Below are positions 27,316-38,186 of a stretch of DNA of 64,000 nt, piece after piece (positions within the stretch are counted from its first letter, which is position 1; each line of letters begins with the position of its first letter). The DNA is from Lachnospiraceae bacterium. GTDB lineage: Bacteria; Bacillota; Clostridia; Lachnospirales; Lachnospiraceae. The notes below the pieces were generated by a model. The model did no database searches. It was not told the DNA's origin and saw only the letters and a program-made list of their open reading frames with translations. A program made the translations under genes and the position numbers. The stretch covers positions 1,507 to 65,506 of the forward strand of contig JBJEOB010000051.1 of assembly GCA_051880495.1 (NCBI GenBank), given 5' to 3'.

Positions 27316-28929
27316 TTATAACTGAGGACCAGCTGCAACAAGTGCCTTACCGGCATCGTTACCTTCGTATTTCTTGAAGTTCTTGTTGAATCTTTCAGCA
27401 AGATCCTTAGCCTTAACTTCCCATTCAGAAGCATCTGCATATGTGTCACGAGGATCAAGAATTGCAGGGTTAACTCCTGGAAGTTCTGTTGGAACTTCGA
27501 AGTTGAAAATAGGAATCTTCTTTGTTGGAGCTGTCTTAATGTCTCCGTTAAGAATAGCATCGATGATACCACGTGTATCCTTAATTGTGATACGCTTTCC
27601 TGTTCCGTTCCAGCCTGTGTTTACAAGGTAAGCCTTAGCTCCGTTCTTCTCCATCTTCTTAACAAGTTCTTCACCATACTTTGTAGGATGAAGCTCTAAG
27701 AATGCCTGTCCGAAACAAGCTGAGAAAGTAGGTGTTGGCTCTGTAATACCACGCTCTGTACCTGCAAGCTTAGCTGTAAATCCTGAAAGGAAATAGTACT
27801 GTGTCTGTTCAGGTGTAAGGATTGATACAGGAGGAAGTACACCAAATGCATCAGCTGAAAGGAAGATTACGTTGTCAGCTGCAGGACCAGCAGATACACC
27901 ATTTACAGTTGAAGCAATCTTTTCAATGTGATCAATCGGATATGAAACACGAGTATTTTCTGTAACACTCTTGTCATCAAAATCAATCTTGCCATCAGCA
28001 TCTACTGTTACGTTCTCAAGAAGAGCATTTCTCTTGATTGCGTTGTAAATATCCGGTTCAGATTCCTTATCAAGACCGATAACCTTAGCATAGCATCCAC
28101 CTTCGAAGTTGAATACGCCGTTATCATCCCAGCCATGCTCATCATCACCGATAAGAAGTCTCTTAGGATCTGTTGAAAGTGTTGTCTTACCTGTTCCGGA
28201 AAGACCAAAGAAGATTGCTGTATGCTTACCGTCCATATCACAGTTAGCTGAGCAGTGCATTGAAGCAATACCCTTAAGTGGTAAGTAGTAGTTCATCATA
28301 GAGAACATACCCTTCTTCATTTCTCCGCCGTACCATGTATTAATAATAACCTGTTCTCTGCTTGTAATGTTGAAAGCAACACATGTTTCAGAGTTAAGAC
28401 CAAGTTCTGCATAGTTCTCAACCTTAGCCTTTGAAGCATTGTATACGATGAAATCAGGTTCGAAAGAAGCAAGTTCTTCTTCTGTTGGCTGAATGAACAT
28501 GTTCTTTACAAAGTGAGCCTGCCAAGCAACCTCAACGATGAAACGAACTGCCATTCTTGTATCCTTGTTAGCACCACAGAAAGCATCAACTACAAAAAGT
28601 CTCTTATTAGAAAGTTCCTTCTTTGCAATCTCCTTAACAGCTGACCATGTTGATTCTGTCATTGGATGGTTATCATTCTTATATTCATCTGATGTCCACC
28701 ATACAGTATCCTTTGAGTTTTCGTCCATAACGATGTACTTATCCTTAGGAGAACGTCCTGTAAATACACCTGTCATAACATTAACTGTGTCAAGTTCTGT
28801 ATTCTGACCTACTTCATATCCCTCAAGACCAGCCTTAGTCTCTTCTTCAAATAACTGCTCGTAAGAAGGATTGTGAACGATTTCTGTAGCACCAGTGATG
28901 CCATACTGACTTAAATTGATTTCTGCCAT
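27316..28929 (-). CDS. pckA: Phosphoenolpyruvate carboxykinase (ATP)
   Basis: The length is 537 aa. The kinase-1a motif is [11 protein letters not shown] and the sequence is PckA-like throughout. Confidence 0.95.
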   Translation of the reverse strand: MAEINLSQYGITGATEIVHNPSYEQLFEEETKAGLEGYEVGQNTELDTVNVMTGVFTGRSPKDKYIVMDENSKDTVWWTSDEYKNDNHPMTESTWSAVKEIAKKELSNKRLFVVDAFCGANKDTRMAVRFIVEVAWQAHFVKNMFIQPTEEELASFEPDFIVYNASKAKVENYAELGLNSETCVAFNITSREQVIINTWYGGEMKKGMFSMMNYYLPLKGIASMHCSANCDMDGKHTAIFFGLSGTGKTTLSTDPKRLLIGDDEHGWDDNGVFNFEGGCYAKVIGLDKESEPDIYNAIKRNALLENVTVDADGKIDFDDKSVTENTRVSYPIDHIEKIASTVNGVSAGPAADNVIFLSADAFGVLPPVSILTPEQTQYYFLSGFTAKLAGTERGITEPTPTFSACFGQAFLELHPTKYGEELVKKMEKNGAKAYLVNTGWNGTGKRITIKDTRGIIDAILNGDIKTAPTKKIPIFNFEVPTELPGVNPAILDPRDTYADASEWEVKAKDLAERFNKNFKKYEGNDAGKALVAAGPQL

Positions 28930-29070
28930 CTTAAATAAACCTCTTTTCTTAATAATATAAAAACATTGCCATATAAAAGGAATGCTTAGTTTTCCTTTCT
29001 AATATTATACTAATACGCCGATAAAATCAACAAAAATCTGTTTTTTTTATATTTATTTTATTAATTTTTT

Positions 29071-32000
29071 CTACTCTTCTATATTAGTTCTTTCGGTCAT
29101 ATTATGAACCACTTCCTTGATTAACAGCGGAAGGAACGGCTTTGTAATATACTCATCACATCCGTAGGCTGCAAATTCCACTGAAGTATCAAGTGTTTTA
29201 TCACTCGTCATTATTACCACCGGTGTATCATATTTTTCACGTATCAGTTTTAACGTCTCAAGGCCATTCATTTCCGGCATCATTAAATCCAGCAGAATAA
29301 GGTCAAACTCCTGCTGCTCAAGGATTTCCAGTGCCATGCGTCCGCTGTAGGCTGAAACAATCTTGTATATCGGCTCATCACTCATAATATGCTCAATGAT
29401 TTTATGATTCATAATATCATCATCCACTGTAAGGATGCGTTTCTGTTCAGCTTCCTCCTGCCTCAGGATATACGTCTTATCCTCATCAATCATATCAAGC
29501 ATTATTTGGGCTATTTTCGGATCAAACTGCGTTCCCATACCTTTTTCTATTTCACTTCGCACAACCTCCTGAGGAAGTGCATCACGATAGCTTCTGTTAC
29601 TTGCCATTGCATCATAAGCATCTGCAACAGCCAGAATTCTGGCAATTTCCGGTATTTTTTCACCGACAAGTCCGTTCGGATATCCCATGCCGTCATATCT
29701 TTCATGATGATATTTGGCTGCTATTGCAATCATATTATCCTCTGAAATTCCACGCAGAATATGATATCCTGTTACCGGATGAATCTTTATGATATTAAAT
29801 TCCTCATCTGTAAGCTTACCGACTTTATTTATAATTTCAGATGGTATTCGTATCTTACCGACATCATGTAAAAGACCTGCGCGGTAAATCTCTTCCTGCT
29901 CCTCCTTGCTCTTACCCATCCTCTCAGCAAGCATAAGAGCATACTCGGCAACTCTCTTTGAATGACCGCTTGTGTATCTGTCCTTCGCATCCACAGCTTC
30001 ACTAAGTGCAATAACCGTCTGTGTCAGAATATTCTTTATCTTTTTCTGCTGGCTGCTCAGCTCCATTGTCTGTTCATTTACACGTTGTTCAAGCTCAATC
30101 TGATTTTTTTCAAGCTCATTCTTTCTCACAATAAAAAGGATCATACTTACAATACTTATAATTGTAAAAATCAGTATTTCCAGGCATACAATCATAAGGT
30201 ATGTTCTATACACCGGTTCCTCCCATGTGTGCATTTGCCTGTCAATTATATATTCCTTTTCACTCAGTACATTTTCTCCGGAACCGTCCAGTATCTGCAG
30301 ACAAATGTGATAACATGAGAAATCAGATTTAAACAGCCTTATAGGTTCCACTTCATTCCAGTCATAAACTATAGGATTGTCATCAAGTTCTTTAATAAAG
30401 AATCGTACCTTATTCTTTGCAAAAGCATAATTTCTGACAGATGCCTCTATAGAGATACTCTTCGTATTTCCCGGAACTATAAAGTGACTGTCACCATCCG
30501 GCAAAATCGTTGTTCCGTCACATTCAACAGAGCAGACACCAAATTTCATGTCAACATTCGAACCTGCATTTTCTATGTTAAATGCAATAACTCCGTTATT
30601 GCTGCACAGGAACAGTCTGCTGCCGTCAAGATAGTTCCATGAGTTAGCCGTCAGGCCTGAAAATAATCCCTGATTAGCACCATAAAGCATGAATCGTCCC
30701 TGCTTGTCCTCGCACAAATCAGACAGACTTACCTCATATAATCCTGCACTACAGGTGATGTAAGCTGTATCACCATCTATGATAATATCATAATTATTAA
30801 AGTACGGAAAATTACCAAGCTTTTTAACGTTTCCCGCCTCATCAATATGACACAGTGCATTACTTGTTACAATCAGGTATCCCTTATCGTATGGAACAAT
30901 TCTTAAAATAATGTTGGATGAAAGTCCATCTTCTACTGTATAAGTTTTGATTAATTTCCCATCTGAAAGTACATATATACCGCTTCCGTCACTGCCGGCC
31001 CACACATTGCCGTCTTTTGCCTCCGCAACAGACAAAATCTGGGTGTTAGCAAGTCCGTCATCAGACGTAACCGTATATTTAAGCTGTCCGTCTTTAAAAT
31101 AATTGATACCGTCCGCTGTTCCTGCAACTAGCATACCATTCTTTAATTCAGTCATACACCTGAATCTGTCGCTTGTAGTTTTATCCTTTTCTACATTATA
31201 ACAGCTAAGTGCCCCGTCTTTTTCATAACACCACAGACCGTTATAAGTGCAAAGCCATAATCTTTCCTTAGAATCCTTTGCCAATGAACGTATTCTGTAT
31301 CCGGTCATTTTTTCAGTAAGCTCATTTGTCTTACTTGTATAGTTTTTGCCATCCAAAATGACCAGTCCGTCGTCCGTGCCGCAATAATAATCACCGTCAA
31401 AATAAACTACCGCATTGACAACCTTTCCATACAGACCGTTTTTTTCAAACAGATTTATAAATGAACTTTCTGATAACTGCATAACGCCATATTTTGACGA
31501 CGCAATCCATATATTGCCCTGATAATCCTCATGGAAGCATACTATTGATGATGGAAAATCTTCATAATACATCTTATTAAAAGTTCCGTCAGATTCCATA
31601 TATCCGAATCCTGACTCCAGTGCAATCCATATTTTCTGACTGCTGTCTTCAAAAAGTGTAGAAATAGTGCTTGCCTCAATATCAATATCGTCACTTACAT
31701 ACAGTCCCTTATCCGAGATATCAAGGACAAACAATTCACCTGTATCCGTTCCCGCCATCAGACCTCTTTGGGTTTTTGCCATACAATAATAAAAGAACTT
31801 ACTCTGAGTACCATTCATCTTCAGGATTTTATTGCCGTCAATGGCATATATACAGCCCTTGTTATCTAACACAACAAGCATATTCTTGTACACTTCCATA
31901 TATTTTGCAAAGGTAATGTCCTGTTGTAATATTTCAATAGTATCATCCTGACTAAACCGGCAGATTTTATCACTGGTTCCTACATATACGTTACCTGCAT

Positions 32001-32964
32001 CATCTTCTGCAAAACAGCGTATTGAATTGGATGGCAGTCCGTCTTCAATGGTAAAATAAGTATATTCTCCGTTCTCATACCTTGCGATTCCCGCATCATT
32101 TGTACCAATCCACAACCGTCCGCATGAATCAGTCATCATTCCTGTAACATTAACAAGACCGCCCTCACGGATAAACTCAAACTTAGTTCCGTCATATCTT
32201 GTGAGGCCTGCATAGCTTCCTATCCATATATATCCGTCCTCAGTCTCACATATTGCATTTGCCTCGGAAGAAACCATACCGTTTGTGTTATTGTAGACCT
32301 TAGCTACCATATTATCCTGCAGAAGCGAACTTTCTTCATTTTCTGCATGAACATACTGATTCATATATAAAACTGTCACTGCTGCCATAAGACAGATTAA
32401 TGCGGCCTTCGTACCGTCATTTTTCTTATTTTTTGCTTTTTGAAATACACGTATAAATATAAATGCAGCCAGAACGCATATCTGCTTATCAACAATTTCT
32501 ACCACCGCATCGCCTGCCAATGATGAGAACAACAGATTTACATTGTTCCATCTGAGCATATCAACAAGTGTATCTCCCCAGATATTTCCTGAATATCCCC
32601 CATAAAAAATAAGGTTAACAGGTGTAGATACAATTGTACAGATGATTCCAAGCCAGAAAGTAGAAACAACCGCACGCAGGAGGTTATCCATATATCCGTT
32701 TTTAACAAAAAGATATGTCATAAGTGCAGCCACCACACTTGTCAGTGAATAGGCAAGTGCAGTTACATCAAAGAAACTTGATAAAATACTATTAAAAATA
32801 CCTGCTGCAATTCCACCCCATATTCCGGCAAAGTACGTTGCCACAAAGGTTCCCGTCATATCAAACCATATCGGAAGTTTGAAAAAACCGGCAACAGCCC
32901 TTCCTGAAATATTCAAAAGTATTCCAATAATTGTAATTATTATTTTTTTCTTTGTATCCTTCAC
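29071..32964 (-). CDS. Large membrane sensor: N-terminal polytopic domain, two-component-regulator beta-propeller repeats plus Y_Y_Y-like domain, TM, HD-GYP phosphodiesterase, C-terminal receiver
   Basis: HD-GYP motifs are HDVGKIRIP and HHERYDGMGYP. The REC domain shows LTVDDD...LILLDLMMPEMNG. Propeller-type repeats are present (WIGT..GL..Y). The GTG start follows GAGGTGA. Confidence 0.8.
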   Translation of the reverse strand: MKDTKKKIIITIIGILLNISGRAVAGFFKLPIWFDMTGTFVATYFAGIWGGIAAGIFNSILSSFFDVTALAYSLTSVVAALMTYLFVKNGYMDNLLRAVVSTFWLGIICTIVSTPVNLIFYGGYSGNIWGDTLVDMLRWNNVNLLFSSLAGDAVVEIVDKQICVLAAFIFIRVFQKAKNKKNDGTKAALICLMAAVTVLYMNQYVHAENEESSLLQDNMVAKVYNNTNGMVSSEANAICETEDGYIWIGSYAGLTRYDGTKFEFIREGGLVNVTGMMTDSCGRLWIGTNDAGIARYENGEYTYFTIEDGLPSNSIRCFAEDDAGNVYVGTSDKICRFSQDDTIEILQQDITFAKYMEVYKNMLVVLDNKGCIYAIDGNKILKMNGTQSKFFYYCMAKTQRGLMAGTDTGELFVLDISDKGLYVSDDIDIEASTISTLFEDSSQKIWIALESGFGYMESDGTFNKMYYEDFPSSIVCFHEDYQGNIWIASSKYGVMQLSESSFINLFEKNGLYGKVVNAVVYFDGDYYCGTDDGLVILDGKNYTSKTNELTEKMTGYRIRSLAKDSKERLWLCTYNGLWCYEKDGALSCYNVEKDKTTSDRFRCMTELKNGMLVAGTADGINYFKDGQLKYTVTSDDGLANTQILSVAEAKDGNVWAGSDGSGIYVLSDGKLIKTYTVEDGLSSNIILRIVPYDKGYLIVTSNALCHIDEAGNVKKLGNFPYFNNYDIIIDGDTAYITCSAGLYEVSLSDLCEDKQGRFMLYGANQGLFSGLTANSWNYLDGSRLFLCSNNGVIAFNIENAGSNVDMKFGVCSVECDGTTILPDGDSHFIVPGNTKSISIEASVRNYAFAKNKVRFFIKELDDNPIVYDWNEVEPIRLFKSDFSCYHICLQILDGSGENVLSEKEYIIDRQMHTWEEPVYRTYLMIVCLEILIFTIISIVSMILFIVRKNELEKNQIELEQRVNEQTMELSSQQKKIKNILTQTVIALSEAVDAKDRYTSGHSKRVAEYALMLAERMGKSKEEQEEIYRAGLLHDVGKIRIPSEIINKVGKLTDEEFNIIKIHPVTGYHILRGISEDNMIAIAAKYHHERYDGMGYPNGLVGEKIPEIARILAVADAYDAMASNRSYRDALPQEVVRSEIEKGMGTQFDPKIAQIMLDMIDEDKTYILRQEEAEQKRILTVDDDIMNHKIIEHIMSDEPIYKIVSAYSGRMALEILEQQEFDLILLDLMMPEMNGLETLKLIREKYDTPVVIMTSDKTLDTSVEFAAYGCDEYITKPFLPLLIKEVVHNMTERTNIEE

Positions 32965-33072
32965 TTTACTTCACCTCTATCCGTTTATCATTTGTTGTCT
33001 GTTCGGCTATTTCATGGTACTTGGAGCAGATTAACGAAAATTGCATGATAAAAAAGCCAAACCATATTATAT

Positions 33073-33111
33073 TAAAAACGAATGGGAATACATAATTACC
33101 ATTCGTTTTTA
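33073..33111 (-). terminator. Hairpin terminator after the aminotransferase gene
   Basis: AAACGAATGG..CCATTCGTTT forms a 10-bp stem flanked by an A-tract and a T-tract. Confidence 0.6.
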
Positions 33112-33121
33112 AAGTAAATGA

Positions 33122-34291
33122 CTATTTTAAAATTCCACTCTTGTCCACTACATCTATCATTTCTTCAATAACATCAACAGGAAGAACAAGCGCAAACCGC
33201 ACATATCCTTCGCCCAGAGAACCAAAAGCATGTCCCGGTGTACATATAACGCCTGTTTTATCCATCAGTGCAAGACAGAACTTCTCAGAACTCTTAAATT
33301 TAGGCGGTATTGGAGCCCATGCAAACATTGTACCCTTACTGTCAGGTACATCCCAGCCTATCCTTCTGAATCCGCCACATAATGCGTCACGTCTTCTCTG
33401 ATATTCCATGCACTGCTTCTTAACTGCATCCCTAGGTCCGCGAAGAGCTGCGATAGCCGCTCTCTGGATTGGCAGGAACATTCCAAAATCTATCTGCGAA
33501 CGCAAAAGCTTAATTGCATCAACAACTTCCTTATTGCCAACTACAAATGATATTCTGCATCCTGTCACATTGAAAGACTTGGATAATGAAAAACATTCAA
33601 CTCCAACCTCCTTGGCTCCTTCATAAGAAAGGAAAGAGCCACCCTTTACTCCGTCATAAATAATGTCAGAATAGGCATTATCATGGATAATAATTATATT
33701 ATACTTCTTAGCAAATGCTATTGCCTGTCTGTACATTTCCGGCGTTCCGACTGCGCATACCGGATTGTAAGGGTATGACAGAATCATAAACTTAGCCTTA
33801 CGCGCTACATCCTCCGGAATCTTATCAAACTGAGGAAGGTAATCATTATCTGCCGTAAGCGGATAAAAATACATCTTTGCTCCTCCAAGATAAGCTCCTG
33901 TTTCAAATATCGGATATCCAGGATTAGGCAGAATTGCAATATCTCCCGGGCTTGTAAGTGCCATTCCGATATGTCCTATACCCTCCTGGGAACCATTGAT
34001 TGACGTGATCTCATCTGTGCTTAAATCGACACCAAACCTGTCTTTATAATAGTCCTTTACTGCTTCTAACAGTTCAGGAAGATCCTTTAATGCATAACCG
34101 TATTGTTTCGGATCCTTAGCCGCCTCGGACAATGCGTCCATTATATGTTGCTGTGGTTTAAAATCAGGTGTTCCCACCGAAAGATTATATACTTTCCTGC
34201 CTGATTTAATCATCTCATCTTTTTTGTCATTAAGTGCTGCGAATATTCCCGTCTGAAAATGATCCAGCATATCAGCACGCTTTATTTCCAT
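33122..34291 (-). CDS. Class I/II PLP-dependent aminotransferase
   Basis: The PLP-Lys motif is SLSKSFNVTGCR, with NPGYP and NPxNP-type motifs. Confidence 0.8.
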   Translation of the reverse strand: MEIKRADMLDHFQTGIFAALNDKKDEMIKSGRKVYNLSVGTPDFKPQQHIMDALSEAAKDPKQYGYALKDLPELLEAVKDYYKDRFGVDLSTDEITSINGSQEGIGHIGMALTSPGDIAILPNPGYPIFETGAYLGGAKMYFYPLTADNDYLPQFDKIPEDVARKAKFMILSYPYNPVCAVGTPEMYRQAIAFAKKYNIIIIHDNAYSDIIYDGVKGGSFLSYEGAKEVGVECFSLSKSFNVTGCRISFVVGNKEVVDAIKLLRSQIDFGMFLPIQRAAIAALRGPRDAVKKQCMEYQRRRDALCGGFRRIGWDVPDSKGTMFAWAPIPPKFKSSEKFCLALMDKTGVICTPGHAFGSLGEGYVRFALVLPVDVIEEMIDVVDKSGILK

Positions 34292-34312
34292 TTTTCTGAC
34301 TCCCGATAATAA

Positions 34313-35803
34313 TTAGTCCTGTTTTAATTTCTGAGCAAGTTCATTTAATTCATTTACAATTCTTACAACCTCGGTTGCAGTCTTATCATTTTCTTCACTG
34401 CTTGCAAATGTTTCATTGCTATGTGCAGTAACCTCTTCTGAAATTGCTGAAATAGTCTGAATATTGCTTACAATACCTGCATTAGCCTCTGCAAGTTTAT
34501 CTACTGCCGTAACAAGTTCTCTTGCCTGAACATCAATGTCGGCGGATACCCTCTCAATGCCCTTGAACCTTGTAGCTGTCTCCTGTGCTTTCTCACCCTG
34601 AACTTTATTACTCTTTTCAAGTTCTGTAATAACATTGACAACTATCTTTAACTCAGCGGCAATATTATTGATAATATCAGTAATTTCAATTGTAGCACTG
34701 CTTGTCTGTCCTGCAAGTGTTGAAATTTCCGAAGCAACAACTGCAAATCCCTTACCTACTTCACCTGCTCTTGCTGCTTCAATACTTGCATTAAGTGCAA
34801 GCAAACTGGTCTGCTCTGTCACACCTTCAATAACATTAATAATTGTTCCCATTTGTGCTGCCAGGCTGTTAAGCTTCTCAAGCTCCTGCTCAACTCTTAC
34901 GCTTGCTTCATTAGTCTTTCCAACCTGCTCTATAAGCATACCAATATTTTTGTTGCTGACTTCTATTTCTGTTCTCGCATTGAGCATATATGAGCATACA
35001 TTCTTCGAAACAGACTCAACTGCACTGATATGATTCTGAATCTGTTCAGTTCTCTCGAGCTGCTCCTGCACGGCATTAACTGTATCTCCTGTTCCTGCCG
35101 TAACCTCTTCCATGGAAGTCATTGTCTTCTCAAGAGATTCATGAAGCTCACCCATTTTGCCGTTAGCTTCACTGATAAGTGCAACCATGCCGTCGGATAC
35201 CGTCATAACCTTATTCAGCAGTTCATCTGATGATTCCTTGGCACTGTTCACAACAGAAACCTTTTTTTCACTCGTTTTTTTCAAATATGATGTAACAAAT
35301 ACTATGAATAACGTACAAAGAAATAATGATGCAACCCTTATTTCAATCGTAGCCATATCAATGGATTCAAGCTCCGGCCGGCTGTTCTGCCATATAGCCT
35401 GTGCAATGTTAAGAACTATTGCTATAGTTCCGCAGCCTACAGCTACAAAATGATCAATATAAATTGCCACAATCACAAACATTGGCATTATGTAAACAAA
35501 TCCTACATCCGTAGTTGATGTAAATATTACGAATGCATAAAAAACCAAATATCCGAATATTGTAGCAAGCTTAAGATGCTTCCAATCCGGGCTCTTCTTA
35601 TAACCGAGCGCCGACACGATAAGCGGTGCCAGTGAAAGAATAAGGAATACTATATAATACCCTATTGTTCTTGCTCCCTTTATAACCTCCAAAAGATATG
35701 CAACATCAAGCACAGCAATCAGAAATGTAAAACATGTGAGCATAAGCTTATTAGCACCGGCAAGTTCCGAATTTTCTATTGTATTTTGTTTTGTCTTATC
35801 CAC
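34313..35803 (-). CDS. Methyl-accepting chemotaxis protein with polytopic membrane N-terminal sensor
   Basis: The MCP signalling hairpin is [32 protein letters not shown] place the start at GTG 35803 (GGAGG plus an 8-nt spacer) because a TGCTATAAT extended -10 (35843-35835) lies downstream of the ORF-track ATG at 35851. Confidence 0.8.
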   Translation of the reverse strand: MDKTKQNTIENSELAGANKLMLTCFTFLIAVLDVAYLLEVIKGARTIGYYIVFLILSLAPLIVSALGYKKSPDWKHLKLATIFGYLVFYAFVIFTSTTDVGFVYIMPMFVIVAIYIDHFVAVGCGTIAIVLNIAQAIWQNSRPELESIDMATIEIRVASLFLCTLFIVFVTSYLKKTSEKKVSVVNSAKESSDELLNKVMTVSDGMVALISEANGKMGELHESLEKTMTSMEEVTAGTGDTVNAVQEQLERTEQIQNHISAVESVSKNVCSYMLNARTEIEVSNKNIGMLIEQVGKTNEASVRVEQELEKLNSLAAQMGTIINVIEGVTEQTSLLALNASIEAARAGEVGKGFAVVASEISTLAGQTSSATIEITDIINNIAAELKIVVNVITELEKSNKVQGEKAQETATRFKGIERVSADIDVQARELVTAVDKLAEANAGIVSNIQTISAISEEVTAHSNETFASSEENDKTATEVVRIVNELNELAQKLKQD

Positions 35804-35911
35804 AATATCAACCTCCAACATATATATATCAGATATTATAGCACTTTTCATTAAAAAATAAAAGAGGATATCACAGTTATTTGAACTGCGATTTTCCCCT
35901 TTTTTACTAAT

Positions 35912-37294
35912 TTAAGCGCGTGATTCAATATCTACATAATCCTTGTGTACACCGACAAATTTATATGCAGGACGAATAATTTTACCGTTGTTGCAGATTT
36001 CCTCAAGTCTGTGTGCACTCCAGCCTGCCATTCTTGAGATGGCAAATATAGGAGTAAACAACTCCGTAGGAATTCCAAGCATTGAATAAACGAATCCGCT
36101 GTAGAAATCTACATTTGCACAAACCGGTTTGAAAACACGTCTTCTCTGTGAAATAAGCTCTGCAGAAATTCTCTCAACAGTTGAATAAAGCTCGAATTCA
36201 TCACTTCTTCCCTTTTCATTTGCAAGTTTTTCTGCATATTCCTTAAGAATAAGCTGTCTAGGATCTGACTCCGTATAAACGGCATGACCCATTCCATATA
36301 TAAGACCTGAATTGTCAAATGCTTCCTTATCAAGAATCTTATTAAGATAACCCCTGATAGCCTCTTCATCCTTCCAGTCAGGGCAATGATTCTTAAGGTC
36401 ATCAAACATCTCCTGAACCTTTAAGTTCGCGCCGCCATGCTTTGGTCCCTTAAGTGATGCGAGTGATGCCGCAACAGCAGAATACGTATCCGTTCCCGTT
36501 GAAGTAACAACATGGTTGGTAAATGTCGAATTATTTCCGCCTCCGTGTTCAGCATGAATAACAAGCGCAATGTCAAGCACTCTCGCTTCAAGCTCTGTAT
36601 ACTTTCCGTCAGGATGAATCATACGGAGAAGATTTTCAGCTATTGAAAGACCCTTTTCCGGCTGTCTGATAAGCAGGTTCTCGTCGCACTGGAAGTGTCT
36701 GTATGCATAATATGCATAAACCGAAATCAGCGGTACCTTGCAGATAAGCTGCAATGACTGTCTGAGTACATTTGCTATGCTGACATCATCAGGATTATCA
36801 TCATATGAATAAAGCGTAAGAACACTCTTTTGCAGGGCATTCATAATATTTTTACTTGGCGCCTTCATAATGACGTCTCTTAAAAATGCACCCGATATTT
36901 CCTCGAGTCCTGCAAGTATATCAATAAAACTCTTTAACTGTTTTTCTGTTGGCAGTTCACCAAAGAGCAGCAAATATGTTGCCTCTTCAAATGCAAACTT
37001 TCTGTTTTCATTACCTCTTATAAGCTCAAGGACATTGTATCCCTGATAATAAAGTCTGCCCGGAGCAGGCAGTTTAACACCATCCTCGGTTCTGATACCG
37101 GTAACATCCGCAATCTCCGTAAGACCTGTCAGGACACCCTTACCATTAGAATCACGGAGTCCTCTCTTAACGTCATATTCTATATACAGGTCAAGATTAA
37201 TCTCACCGGAAGCCATACAGGACTTTACAAGTTCATCAAACTGCTCGTTCAATGTTTCGTCAAGTTCCATCATAGATTTACTGTCAATTGCCAT
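35912..37294 (-). CDS. gltA: Citrate synthase
   Basis: The length is 460 aa. Citrate-synthase signatures are present (HAEHGGGNNSTF, GMGHAVY, ISRMAGW). Confidence 0.9.
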   Translation of the reverse strand: MAIDSKSMMELDETLNEQFDELVKSCMASGEINLDLYIEYDVKRGLRDSNGKGVLTGLTEIADVTGIRTEDGVKLPAPGRLYYQGYNVLELIRGNENRKFAFEEATYLLLFGELPTEKQLKSFIDILAGLEEISGAFLRDVIMKAPSKNIMNALQKSVLTLYSYDDNPDDVSIANVLRQSLQLICKVPLISVYAYYAYRHFQCDENLLIRQPEKGLSIAENLLRMIHPDGKYTELEARVLDIALVIHAEHGGGNNSTFTNHVVTSTGTDTYSAVAASLASLKGPKHGGANLKVQEMFDDLKNHCPDWKDEEAIRGYLNKILDKEAFDNSGLIYGMGHAVYTESDPRQLILKEYAEKLANEKGRSDEFELYSTVERISAELISQRRRVFKPVCANVDFYSGFVYSMLGIPTELFTPIFAISRMAGWSAHRLEEICNNGKIIRPAYKFVGVHKDYVDIESRA

Positions 37295-37425
37295 ATCATT
37301 TCCTCCTAATCACAAACTCCAAAAACAGATATCGCAATTTAGTTTACATGGTAAATCAAATAAAAGCAATGTTTTTTTATGCCAATAACATTAAAATTGC
37401 GAATATTAACCGTTATTTTAATATT

Positions 37426-37842
37426 CTAAAGTGAATCATCTTTTTTGTTTCGAATGTTTTTTATGAGGTTTAGAATGCAATGCCAGATTCCTCGGATAAT
37501 CATAAATACAATAAACATTGCCAAAAATCCGACAACGCCGAATACAATATCCGCAAACTCCATCGCACCTGTATTGGTTATCTTCTGGCCTATCTCAATT
37601 GCAAATGTTATTACGATAATTAGTGTAAATACATAAATCCATGCTATCACCATAACATGATTTTTACTTAATGCTTTAAACAGCGGATATATTATAAAAA
37701 GCATTAGCATTCCGATTATTCCTATTACAATAAAATGCAGTTCCTTATCACTGAATACATATTCGAAGCTGTCGTTTAAAGTAAGCAGATAAGTATGCAC
37801 CTTGGCAATCTGCTCGACAATCCAATACAAAAATCTGACCAT
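37426..37842 (-). CDS. Small polytopic membrane protein (138 aa), function unknown
   Basis: There are three to four hydrophobic helices. The RBS AAAGGTGGA lies 7 nt before ATG 37842. Confidence 0.6.
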   Translation of the reverse strand: MVRFLYWIVEQIAKVHTYLLTLNDSFEYVFSDKELHFIVIGIIGMLMLFIIYPLFKALSKNHVMVIAWIYVFTLIIVITFAIEIGQKITNTGAMEFADIVFGVVGFLAMFIVFMIIRGIWHCILNLIKNIRNKKDDSL

Positions 37843-37870
37843 AAAGTTTCCACCTTTCTTTCCCGCAAAC

Positions 37871-38070
37871 AGGCGTTTGTGAAACTATTGTATTATATTA
37901 ACAAGGTTTGAGGGTGCAATTAAGTGGCACGTTTGCACTAATGCTCGCTCGCAGCGGTACATAAGGTGCCAAAATACGGCAACCTAAGTACCGGCGGCTC
38001 ACAATTACCACTTAATTTGCACCCTCAAATCTTGTTTAATATCATAAATACAGTAGTTTCGCAAACGCCT
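37871..38070 (-). other. 200-nt imperfect palindrome (about 57-nt arms around an ~80-nt core with its own apical hairpin); candidate structured leader, ncRNA or MITE
   Basis: The left arm (37871-37927) pairs with the right arm (38008-38070). There are 3 transition mismatches and 3 small bulges. The apical hairpin is CGGTAC..AGGTGCC-AAAATAC-GGCAACCT..GTACCG. Confidence 0.85.
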
Positions 38071-38077
38071 AATCATC

Positions 38078-38106
38078 ATTATAATTTATATAAGACAAAT
38101 TGTAAA
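38078..38106 (-). promoter_or_regulatory. Sigma-A-type promoter TTTACA-N17-TATAAT reading into the palindrome
   Basis: On the minus strand the -35 is at 38106-38101 and the -10 at 38083-38078. The predicted start near 38071 coincides with the outer edge of the palindrome. Confidence 0.55.
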
Positions 38107-38186
38107 TTCGCATTCATTAAATATATGATATTCCCAAAATATATGATATAATTTCCATATACTATATTTTAAAGGAGGCACCGCCC

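Noticed and set aside
27246-27572. A 108-aa minus-strand ORF overlaps the pckA 3' end and its terminators.
   Set aside because: It is out of frame within the clearly genuine pckA gene and runs through two terminator hairpins, with no RBS.
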